A DNA stretch of 64,000 bases from Callorhinchus milii (lineage: Eukaryota): the NCBI RefSeq assembly GCF_018977255.1, contig NW_024704743.1, forward strand, positions 60,452,001-60,516,000. Direction: 5' to 3'. Position 1 is the first letter of the stretch, and every line of letters starts with the position of its first letter. Made by a program: the position numbers and the translations under genes. The notes beneath the pieces were generated by a model. It did not search any database. It had not been told where the DNA came from and worked only from the letters and a program-made list of their open reading frames with translations. Below, piece by piece: positions 49,835 to 61,234 of this stretch.

Positions 49835-52800
49835 ATGGCCTGGCCCCCGTCACTGCCATCCCAGCCATGACCTGTGAGGCTGAGCCTGAGGGCTGATGCC
49901 GTCTCGCTGATTGCTCGCTCCCGGTCTCTGCGTGCGCGTTTGGCTACTGCCCCGACCCGAGCCTCCCCCTCCACTCCAAATGTCTCTCCTCCCACCCCCC
50001 TCTAGCTGCCCTCCCCGCCTTCTCTCTCTCCTCGACCCCATCACCACTTCCTCTGGTCCAGCCTGGGCATCCTCTGCCGGGCCCATCGTGGCTCCCGGCA
50101 CTGGCTGTCCCAGAGCAGCAACCCCACATGTCCCATCACTCACTCCCTCCTCACAAACTGCCTCCTTAAGGCAAATCCAACTCCACCTCCCTCATACATA
50201 CTCTCCCCAACTCTCCACTCACATCATTCTCCACAACCATCTCTCCTGTACAAGCCAAAATCCTTTCCGCATCACTCTTTCCTCCCTCCCCTCCCTCCAG
50301 CGAACCCACCCGCATTTCCCTCCAAAATGTCCATTCCCTCTCAACTAAAGCCCTCACCATCCACGACCTCATCCTGGATGAGCACCTTGACATCCCTGAG
50401 CTCACCGAAACCTGGCTCTCCCACAATGACCCTATCCCCCTCGTGGAAGCCTCCCCTCCAGGCTGCACCTTCCATCACACTCCCCATCCAAACCAACATG
50501 GCAGCGGGATGGCCTTCATTTCCAAAGCCTCTCTTGGTCTCACCCCATACTCCTCTGGCTGCTTCCCCTCCTTCGAGCACATCACCCTCTTCCACCCCTC
50601 TCTCCCATTGAAAATCCTTCTTGTCTACCGCCCCCCTAAGCCCCCCGGCTCCTTCCATGCAGACATCTCTACTCTCCTCTCTTCCCTGTCCCTCTGCTCC
50701 GAGAGCCTACTCATAATGGGCGACTTCAACCTCCACCTAAACTTCCCTTGCACCAGTTCTGCTGATTTCACTGCCCTCCTCTCCTCCCTAAACCTTACCC
50801 TCCATATAAATTCACCCACCCACAACCATGGTCATGCACTTGACCTCATCATCACCCATAGCCTTGACATTTCCGACCTCAGCATAGAGAACAAGGCCAT
50901 CTCGGACCACTTTTTCATCTCCTTCTCCTCTCACATCCCTCTCTCCTCCACCAAGCCCTCAACCATCCTCTACCGTCCTTGGAAAAGGCTACCACTTGAG
51001 ACCCTCACAAAGGCCCTCTCATCATCAAACATCCTATCCCTCTGGCTTTCCACCCGTGGAGATCATGAAGCAGCCATCTAGCCATGATCGCCTCTCCTCC
51101 ACCTTCAACTCCCTCGCCCCCTAAAATCCAGGACCATCTCCAATCTCACTGGATCCCCCTGAACAACAACCATCTCCGCCACCAAAAAATCCAAACCCGT
51201 CTGCTCGAGCGCAGATGGCGAAAACTGGCCTGACAGTTCACCACCAACTGTGGCTCGAGCATCTCCACAGCTACTGTCGTTCTTTGACAATCGTAAAAAC
51301 GGCCTTCTACTCCAACATCATCTTGGAGGCTAAACACAACCCTAAAATCCTTTTTTCCACCACCCACTACCTTCTCCGTGCCGCCCCTCAGGCCTACTCA
51401 AACTTTGTATCAAATGCCAAGTGTGAGGAGGTCATGGACTTCTTTTCATCTAAAATACTTAACAGCTGCCAGGCAGCCTCATCCACCTGCCCCTTGTCAT
51501 CCACCACCACGCTCTCTCTGTCCACTCACCTTCCTCATCATCTGCTCCTACCACCACCCCCTTTCTACATTCCTTCCTCCCCAGCTCTCCCTCCTTCCTC
51601 TCACCCACCATCACCTCCATGAAACCCACCACCTGCTACCTCGACCCCTCCCCACCAACTTACTGGTCACAGAGCTCCCACTCCTCTGCCCACTACTGGC
51701 TGACATCATCAACCAGTCCCTCTCCTCCGGATCAGTCCCTGACTCCCTCAAAACTGCTGTCATCACCCCCCTCCTGAAAAAACCCTCCCTGGATCCCTCA
51801 AACCTCAGCCATTACCGCCCTATTTCTAACCCGCCCTTCCTCTCAAAAGTTCTAGAACGCGTTGTTGCAAACCAACTTCGCGCACACCTCCTCCCAATCT
51901 CTCTTCAAACCCCTCCAGTCCAGTTTCCGCCCACAGTACAGAGACTGCGCTTGTGAAAGTCACAAATGATATCCTCTCTATCTGTGACCAGGGCTCCCTC
52001 TGCCTCCTTGTCCTCCTGGACCTCTCTGCCACGTTCGACACAGTCGATCACGCCATCCTCCTCCACTGCCTTTCCTCCGTCATCCACCTCAGTGGGACCG
52101 CACTCGCCTGGTTCGAGTCCTACCTCACAAACTGCCAGCAGTACATCTGCACAACCGGCTTCTCCTCCCACTCTCACCTGGTCACCTGCGGGGTACACCA
52201 AGTATCCATCCTTGGCCCCCTCCTCTTTCTGATCTATATGCTCCCTCTTGGGGATGTCACACGTAGACATGGGGTACATTTCCACATGTATGCAGACGAC
52301 ACCCAACTCTATTTTTCCACCTCTCTTTGCAGTCCCCTGATGTTCTGTCAGCTCATCTCCACCAATACTTCTCCCCAAAAGCCGCTGAAACCCTGGTCCA
52401 TGCCTTTGTCACCCCTCGGCTGGACTATTCAAATGCCCTCCTCGCCAGTCTCTCATCCACTACCATCCATAAAATCCAAATCATTCAAAACTCTGCAGCC
52501 CGCATTCTCACCCGCACGAAACTCCGCTCCCCGATCACCCCAGTACTTGTCAGACTGCACTGGCTGCCTGACCCTTGTATTCCTCGCTCTTGCATTGAAA
52601 TCCCTCCACTCCTCTGCACCCCTCTACCTCTCTGATCTCCTCTCTCCTCAAAACAGTACCCGTTGCCTTTGTTCCTCCGGGTCTGGCCTCCTCCTCGTCC
52701 CCTGAGTCCTCCGCTCCACCTCGGCGGCCGTGCCTTCAGCCACTATGCCCTGAGGCTCTGAAACCCCCTTCCTCACTCCCTTCGCATCACTACCTCCCTT

Positions 52801-52929
52801 CCTATTTTCAAGTCTCTGTTGAAGACCATTCCCCTCCCCCTGGCTCGGTCCCGGGATCCGTTACTGTGAAGCGCTCTGAGACGCCACCCGGCGTGGAGGG
52901 CGCTATATGAATCCAAGTTGTTGTTGTTG
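49835..52929 (+). mobile_element. Near-full-length single-ORF L2 LINE (APE endonuclease plus RT), frameshifted, internal deletion after YADD
   Basis: LTETWL, LLVYRPPK, IMGDFNLH, PTHNHGHALDLII, ISDHF (endonuclease); TAVITPLLKKPSLDP...YRPISN.PFLSKVLE, LVLLDLSATFDTVDH, ILGPLLFLIY, FHMYADDTQLY (RT); (TTG)n tail. Confidence 0.95.
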
Positions 52930-53104
52930 GTCACTTCAATCTATGACTGTTTGTGCGACACTGCTATGCGCAACTGGCTGCCATGTTTCGCCCACAAAAA
53001 TATACAGTCATTTTATTCATTTTACAGTATATTCTGTGAAGCACTTTGAGACGTCTCAAAGATGTGATAAGGCGCTATATCAAATGCAAGGATTATTGTT
53101 ATTA
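52927..53104 (+). mobile_element. SINE 3' half (continuation of 49658-49770)
   Basis: ttggtcacttcaatctatgactgtttgtg...ggcgctatatcaaatgcaaggattattgttatt. Confidence 0.85.
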
Positions 53105-53819
53105 TGTATGGAATTCTGTCTGGTTTGGATAGTTTTAAGCATAGTGATGGGTTTTCACAGGTGTTAGATACCCAGCTGACCAAAAAAATATTGTAGTGTG
53201 CTGCAGGTATAGATGTTCTACCACAGAGTTTCAACAGGAGGACTCTTGACATGCACATTAGTGGTAGTAGTGGGAGTGGGACAAAGGGTCTGAACCATGT
53301 GTTTGCTACGTTTAATTAAGAAGCTTTCAGTGTGAATGAGCAAAGCAGCTTGAACTTGGGAGATCTGTTCCATCTGCGTTAAACTGATTAAACCCAATCC
53401 CAAAGTTCAAAATTAAATTCAACATTAATCTATGATCTTATTTCAATTCCACTCAATCAATCAGAAATGCCATCTAACAAACATCTTTTAAACAATTAAT
53501 GACTCTGCTGCTACTTGCTCCGGCAAGGTTTTGTTGCACAAAACACAAACCAGAGGTTTTTCCCCCAGCCCTTCAGCAAAGAAGAGGGCTATTCTTTTCC
53601 TTATTACTTGTGCCATTTTTCACTTTGCGGTAAAATATACTGATTGTTCACATAACACATTATGGTCTGTGCATGTATTCCTTGTGTTGGAATGTATCAT
53701 TGCAAGAGGACCAATATGTTGTGTAAATAATAGCGTAAGACTATATAGCAACAATAGACTATGAGATTTGCTTTCACCAAGATACATCCACATGTTTAAA
53801 CTTGTGACTCAAGTAATTA

Positions 53820-54386
53820 TTTAGGCCTCAGCTAAAGTACTGTGTTCAGTTCTAGGCACCACACTTTAGGAAGGATGTCAAGGCATTAGAGTAGGTGCAA
53901 AGGAGATTTACCAGGATGGTACCAGGAATGATGGACTTCAGTTATGAGGAGAGGCTAGAGAAGCTAGGATTATTCTCCTTGGAGCACAGAAGGCTAAGAG
54001 GAGACTTAATAGAAGTTTTCAAAATTATGAAGGGATTCGATAGGGTGAACAAGGAGAAACTATTTCCACTGGCGGGTGGGTCGGTAACCTGAGGACATTG
54101 ATTTAAAATAGTTGTTAAAAGAAACAAAGGGGAGATGAGGAGAAATTGTTTCACACAGCGAGTTGTTCGGATCTGGAATGCATTGCCTGAAAGGGTGGTG
54201 GAAGCCAATTCGATAACAACTTTTAAGAGAAAAGTAGATCATTATTTGGGGAGGACAAGTTTGCAGCACTATGAGGAGAGAGCGGAGGAATGGGATTGAT
54301 TTGGACAGTTCTTTTAAAAGAGCCAGCACAGACACGATGGGCCGAATGGCCTCCTTCTGTGCTGTATAATTCTATAATTCTATGAT
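53820..54386 (+). mobile_element. CR1 3' end, relatively young
   Basis: QRRFTRMVPGM.DFSYEERLEKLGLFSLEHRRLRGDLIEVFKIMKGFDRV; hairpin ggccgaatggcc; tail attctataattctatgatt. Confidence 0.94.
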
Positions 54387-55399
54387 TAGGAATTGTCTGG
54401 TTTGCGCAGTTGTGTACTTTGAATGTAAGTTATGTATGAAAAGTAGACTGCTGCTTTTCCTCTTAAAGGACTTCCATAAACAAACATTGTAATTAGCTGG
54501 GAAATGCCTTGAAATATTATGATGAACGTAAGTTTTTATTTTTTCCTTTGCAAATGTTTTGGATTTTCTGTCCTATAGTAAGTTACAATCATTCCAACAT
54601 TGTTCAACTGCACCTAATATCTCAGTCACTAATAAAAAGATGCTTTAGAAAACTGTGAAATGCAAATACATTATTTGGGGAGGGGGGTGGGAAGCTAAAT
54701 TTTGTACTTTTCAGAGTGTGAGATAACAGTGCTGGGAATAGAATGAAACAAGTGCCCAGGATGGGTAGTTAAACCCATGACACTCAACTCACTTAAAAAA
54801 ATAACAACTTGATGCTGAGATTGGAAGACAGTAAGGTGAGGATTCTGAAAGGACGAAACCAAATAGGCACAAGGGCCTTCTCCATCCAAACCAATCTTGT
54901 GATCTTGTGAACATTTCTTCACTTTTGCCATCTTGATCAATAACAGTGTTTAATTTCTGGATAAAATTAGTTAAATAATGTTTCCAGTTTATAGTGTACC
55001 ATTAGAAAATTCTTTATCTTAGGGCTTAGCTCACGTGTAAAGAAGGAATTGATTTCCGTTCACAATGATGAGTAGCGAACAGAAGCCCTGGACAATTGAA
55101 GCTAAGGTCACTGGTTAGCTATCTCGACAGAGACACTTATTGACCCATTGAGTTTCTTGAAATGCGTACTGAACGTTGCAGTAAGATTGGAGGTAAAGAG
55201 TCTTCACTGCTCAATTTCCTACTGGCTCATCACTTACATGGTGAAACATATAGAGCACTCGTGGATATAAGCTTTTTTTCTCTAACAGCTTGGCTACGGT
55301 ATGACTTGTGAAATTCATTCAACACAAGTGAGTGAGCTTGCATATGTTAGCTTTTAGGTTAGATATCTAATAGTTTGGAGCTATACATGGAGACTTATA

Positions 55400-55766
55400 A
55401 CATATTAGTTAGAGCAGTTACTTCACAAGCGAAAGCAGGTTAGATTCCCAGGCAGGGCGAAACCATGGGCAGGTTTTCTTATTCCACACACCTCTGTTTA
55501 CCTAGTAGTAAGTAGGAACCAGATCATTAGTCGATTGGCGGATCGCTTTCCGGGGGTAATAATCCCTTAAAAAAAAATAATAATTTGGTCAATCAATGCA
55601 CAAATGTTTGTGGGACATTGCTGTGCTCAATTGGCTGCCATGTTTCACCTACAAAATATACAATTAATTCACTTTTCAGTATATTCTGTAAAGCACTTTG
55701 AGATGTCTCAACGACATGATAAGGCGCTACATCAAATGCAAGGATTAGTATTATTATTATTATTAC
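55400..55766 (+). mobile_element. tRNA-derived SINE, long variant
   Basis: agttagagcag...ggcagggcgaaacc...cctctgtttacctagtagtaagtaggaacc...aaatgcaaggattagtattatt. Confidence 0.88.
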
Positions 55767-57076
55767 TTGGCTGTCTCATCCTGATAATTTTAACATTAAA
55801 CACTGACAGGGAGAGAGGCAGAAACATACATACCTTGGACAATCTTCAGTAACTGGGTGAAGTTAAACATAACATGAACAATCTCAGATCTCCAAGGTAC
55901 ATACTGGTTCTGCTAGTTCTGCCGTGAGGACTTCTGTACTCACTTCATAGCTTGGAAAAGCCTGAAAATGTTCTGAATCATTCATATTTTCACCTTGAAT
56001 AAATCTTCAGTTAATGGACCTATCTGTCGTGATAAAACATCAGCAGAGGTTACTCTATCTGCTTCAAATCTTACCTAAAATCTACCTATTCAACTGCACC
56101 TGTGGTCAGCTTAACCTTTTGCCTTTTTCGGGATCCAAATCCTCTTTGTGAAGCATTTCAAGACTTTATCCTATGTGAAGAGTACTATCTGAATACAAAT
56201 TGTTGTGATATGAACTGAGGCTTGAAGTGAGAGCACTGATCACAGTGCTAAAACCTAATTAATACCTCATTGTGCTCTGTAAGCATCTTGTAACTTGAGT
56301 TCCGTCATGTATCATGTGCTGGCCCTCAACTCAAGAAAACCCGTGAATTGTTTACAATTCTTCAAATAATTCATAATAAATTGTGAGGCTACCTTACTAT
56401 TCTTATTTTTATTCCTTCTTTATATTCTATATATGACAATTCAGTTATGTGAAGTGCTTTGAAATGTCCTCCAGATGTGTAGAGCACTATATAAATATAA
56501 GTTGTTTATTTTGCTGGGTAAATGAAAACAAGTACTGTATTGCCACCTTATTTGGTAACTCACGCTTCCCCAGCTTAATCCTTTACCTGTTTAAAATATG
56601 CCACATTGTGTCACATTCCTGAATATTTATAGCAAGCTATGTGCTGTTTTATAACGAGGCACCTGCTAAAAGTGAGTTTTACTAAGATCGCAGTATTTGA
56701 GTGAAGTGTTTTGCGTAGTTGCGTGAGTATCTGTGGAACAAGCTATATATAGTGCTCCAGACAGACAACAATTAGAATACTACTAATAATACTAAACCAG
56801 TAAAAACAAGAGCAATGAGGATATTCCCCAAAGTTAGAGAAATGAGCTTTGAGCAATTGTTACACAAGCTTTACATACACACCTACATGTTATTATAAAT
56901 TATTTGAAGTATTGTAAAAAAAAATCACAGGCTTTCTGAGTTGAGGGGTGGCACAAGATACATGGAGGTTAGCCTGGTGATTTGTGCACCCATTATAACA
57001 TGGGCTCTAATTTTCTGGCTCCAACAACCATCTTTGTTATCATGGGCTCGTCTGGATGCAGGTTGTCAAGAACCAA

Positions 57077-57243
57077 AATTTGGGGACCCCAGAGCGTGTT
57101 TTGGGGGTATTGTTGGAGTTGAGACAGCTTGCCATTGAAAGCACTGTTTGCCAGCTTGCCCAGTTAGAACTACTCCATTTGTTAGGGCTTTAGCATGCAG
57201 GGTAACGGGAACTGAGTGGGAAGAATCCCTATCCCCAGTGACG
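57077..57243 (+). repeat. Unclassified old repeat, module B copy
   Basis: Colinear similarity to 2813-3002. Confidence 0.6.
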
Positions 57244-59324
57244 AAGATTAAATATGATCATTTGTTGGAGATGGAGGCAGGTTTGCAAACTCTTACTTTG
57301 AGACCTAACCAGTGCTCGCATGCAGTCCTAAGGGAAATTCTCCTCACTTAGTGTATTTTAGCAACAAATTGCAGTTAAAATAATGACTGGTGGCATTTTG
57401 TTGTGATAAAGTAAAACTGCCAGAAGTGAGGTTTGGAACGCCTGAGGCTGAGCATGTTGGTGGTAAAGGAGGGGAGGGGGGAATTGCAAAGTCCAAACTG
57501 TTTTCTTACTCTGTTGCTAACTAAAATCTTTTGCAGCCCCACAATCTGTTGAAAGTAAAAGCGAATTTAAAATCTCAGCAGGGCCCCTTTTTAGACCAAA
57601 GTGTTCTGCAATTTTTTTTGCCGAGGTTTAACTTTTTCTTATAAAAAAGGTTTTTGTATCTTCAAACATATAAAGAGGCCAGATGTAGTGCTGAACTACA
57701 TCTTTTCGAACAGAACTGAGAGCAGAACAACTGTGCATAAAATGACTAGCCTCAGGGGCACTTTGAAAAATGATCCAGTGCTATTGGTACATTCCAGAGA
57801 TCAGTCAGATTCACACACAATCAAAGCCACGTAGCAGTCAAGGCAGAGTACAGCAGGACAAAATTAAAATGGGCTGTGGCCTCAATATTTTTTCCCTTAT
57901 ATAGGCATCAGCATAATAATGCTGCTAATTTTCTGCACATAGTAATGTATAACAGCTAAGCAGAAACATTGTGGATCCTACCCTTTTGCAGTCCCTGCTG
58001 ATAAGAATGCAGTTGTGCAAGGCTTTGGAGATTTTGCTAACATAAATCACTAACACAAAATTCTTACCCACTAAACCCCCCCCACCCCCACCCTGCTAAC
58101 CTTTATTTCCCCTTTGTTGCAATGGGAGCGGGAGAGAAGAATATACAGCAACCTTTATTATTATGCCCAGAGCACAAGCAAACAGTTGCATTGGAAGAAA
58201 TTAAAACAACAACAAATGAGTCATGAATTTGGAATGAATATTTCTGTGTATATAGGTACAAATAAAGTAACAAAAATGTGTTCTAAAAAGCTGTTTCTAA
58301 AATGTCTGATGTCCTTCTTCCTTTACTAATACCGTGGGATAGCATAGTAGCTACAGTGGATAGAGCATTAGTTATTGTGTTCTTTCCTGAGAGAACTGAG
58401 TTTGAATCCTGCTTCATTTATGCTTCCCCAGGGAAGGTTTAAGGCTCAGCCATTTCATGTGGGGGAAGAGAGAGAAACTGGCAGATCTTTGCTTGCATCA
58501 TTTAAGTGTAGCTCCAGCAGGTCAAATGAGGAATAGCTGGGAGCAGGAATAGCTGTTTCTATGGAAATGTCTGCAGGCTAGACCAGTACATTCTCTGACT
58601 GAAGACAAAAAATGTTTTTCTTCCAAAAATGAATAAATCAACTCGTGACTTTTTTTTAGCTTTCTTTTTTAATTGAAAATATTTTCCAGTTTTTTTGACA
58701 AGAACAATTTGTATTTATATTCCATGTAGCTGGGTGGGAAATAGAGGAGGGGGTTGGAGGAGGCAGGACACATTGAAGCCATTGAGTTAACACTATATTC
58801 GCAAATGGAATTCAATGCATTTATTGCGACTTTGGGTTAGTAACTCATGGAAGCCGCTAACTGAGGAAGATTCACATAATGTTGAGCTATATATCTCGAA
58901 AGATTACAAACTCTAAGGATAGGCTGGTGAGGAGAAGCACATAGTATCTGCTTTGCAAATATCACTAATTAGGCCCCAGTTTTCAAAGTAGGAGTAAAAA
59001 CACATTTCCACTGGAACAAAAGGAGGAGGAAATTAAGGGGAGAGGTTTAATACATAAAGAACTACGATACGTATTTACCTGGTTTGCCAAGATGTTAGGA
59101 TACAAGGGAACTATCCAAGTAATATTAGCTAATTCTGGCTCCCAGGAGAGTTTGCCTTTTCAAAGAACTCTTTTTTGAATGAATTCTGACAATTAGTCTG
59201 TTTAATTTTCATGAAGGTTACTTAGTGCTTGTATACAAATTACAATACAGTACAAATTTACATTTGTACACACTGAATCTTTCAGAATGTTGTTCTGCTC
59301 TTTTGAACTAAATTCGGTAAATTA

Positions 59325-60050
59325 GTCAATCTGGTTGACTACGCCAACTCTCCGCTTGTCAGCCTTCCCATCTCTTCCCTCCACAAGCTGCAGATCATCT
59401 AGAATTCTCCAGCTTATATCCTCTCCCACACCAGGCTCTGTGACCCTATCACCCGCATCCTCGCCCAGCTCCACTGGCTTTCCATTCCCCCAGAGGATAG
59501 AGTTTAAAATCCTCCTCCTCGCCTTTAAGGACCTCCACTTGCTCTGTTCCTTGCTACCTCTGTGATCTGCTAACTCCATATCAACCTGTTTGCCCCCTCC
59601 GCTCAGCAGACTCCGGCCTGCTCCACATCCCCCCGCCGGCCCACCCTATCATTGGCAGTAGGGCCTTCAGCCCCTCTGCCCCCACCCTTTGGAACTCCAT
59701 CTCACAATCCCTTCGCCTTGCCTCCTTCAAGACAGGTCTCAAGACCCTCCTCTTCGACAAGAACAATTTGTATTTATATTCCATGTAGCTGGGTGGGAAA
59801 TAGGGGAGGGGGTTGGAGGAGGCAGGACACATTGAATCCATTGAGTTAACACGATATTCGCAAATGGAATTCAATGCATTTTTTGCGACTTTGGGTTGGT
59901 AAATCATGGAAGCTTCGGCTACCATCCTACCCTTACCCTCCCTACCCTGCACCCCCTGCACGGATCCAAATCCCTGACTCTCCAGTGCCTTAGGACATCC
60001 TCCCGACATGAAAGGCGTTATACAAATGTAATTTGTTGTTCTTGCTGTTG
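59325..60050 (+). mobile_element. L2 3' portion carrying a 158-bp non-L2 insert (59756-59913)
   Basis: LHKLQII, LAQLHW, QRIEFKILLLAFK, GSRAFSPSAPTLWNS, FKTGLKTLLFD; tail tatacaaatgtaatttgttgtt. Confidence 0.9.
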
Positions 60051-60339
60051 GGTTGGTCTGGTCTGGCCTGCTTCACCTAGCTAATTTATTATTGTGTACA
60101 TATATAAGCAAACAGCAAAACAAGCTTAATTGAATAGTCCAGCATATACCAACTAATCCATTATATTGAAAGATTAGCAAAGATTAACAACACCCTGCAC
60201 CTAAATTCAGTTATTTCAGCAATTACATTGTAGCAATATACATGAAACAACCAAAGTTTTTCTACATATATTATCTTAATCCTTACATCTCAAACGGTTA
60301 CACAAGATTTATTGTTAAATACGGTGTCTCTGTATATTG

Positions 60340-60520
60340 TTAGCCAATTTGTGCATAGCAGTGTTCCACAAATGGGATGCCAATGATGTCATGACATGAA
60401 TGATCAATTTTATTTGGGGATTGTTGGCCAAGATACCAGGAGAAACTCCCTTCTCTTTTTGAATAGTGCTAAGGGAGCATTAAAACCCACTTGAACAGAC
60501 AGACTTGGTTAATATCTCAT
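60340..60520 (-). mobile_element. Deu-domain SINE fragment
   Basis: gttggccaagataccaggagaaactcccttctcttttt...cacttgaacagacag. Confidence 0.7.
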
Positions 60521-60906
60521 TCTATTGATCAGTTTATTGGGAGTTTACACCTCATCCCTTCTGCTGTTGAAATCCTAATTTGTGCTTTTGCCACCTTGAG
60601 GCTAGATTTTCCCAAGGCTTTCCTTGCTGGCCTCTCAAGCTCCATTCTCTACTCGGTCCCACTCATGATGTGGAAGTGGTGACTGGAATTTTATGAACTT
60701 CAACTACCACCTTACAAAGAGAGTTTAATGTATTGAGTGCCAAGGAAGTTCATCTCTCACAAGGTTTATAATCAACCTGAACTCAATCCATTCTATGGTA
60801 ATGTGTAGAGTACATAAAATTATGGCAAAGAGCCTGGAATTAACATCAATCAGGTTTTTGACATATAAGTCTTAGCCTTATTTTTAACAAAATACATATT
60901 TTCAGT

Positions 60907-61234
60907 TATAATAATATAATATAATAATAATCCTTGCATTTGATATAACGCTTTTCATGTCTTCTCGATGTCTCAAAGCGCTTCACAGAATATGCTGTAA
61001 AGTGAATTGACCATATATTTGTGGCGAAACGAGGCAGCCAATTGCGCACAGCAGTGTCCCACAAACAGTCGTAGGTTAAAAATGACCAATTTATTATTGT
61101 TTTTTTGTTTTTTGGAGGGATTATTATTAGGCGTGTGGAGTAAGGAAACTTGCCCAAGGTTTCGCCCTGCCTGGAATTGAACCCAGGTGTCTCGCTTGCA
61201 AAGCGAGTGCTCTACCACTGAGCTACAGGACTCC
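60907..61234 (-). mobile_element. tRNA-derived SINE, short variant, young full-length copy
   Basis: Reverse complement ggagtcctgtagctcagtggtagagcactcgctttgcaagcgagacacctgggttcaattcc...ccacacgcctaataataatccctcc...gattattatt. Confidence 0.95.

Noticed and set aside
50443..52705. ORFs of 135-250 aa that could be read as a gene cluster or retron-like RT system
   Set aside because: They are frameshifted pieces of a single L2 endonuclease-RT ORF.
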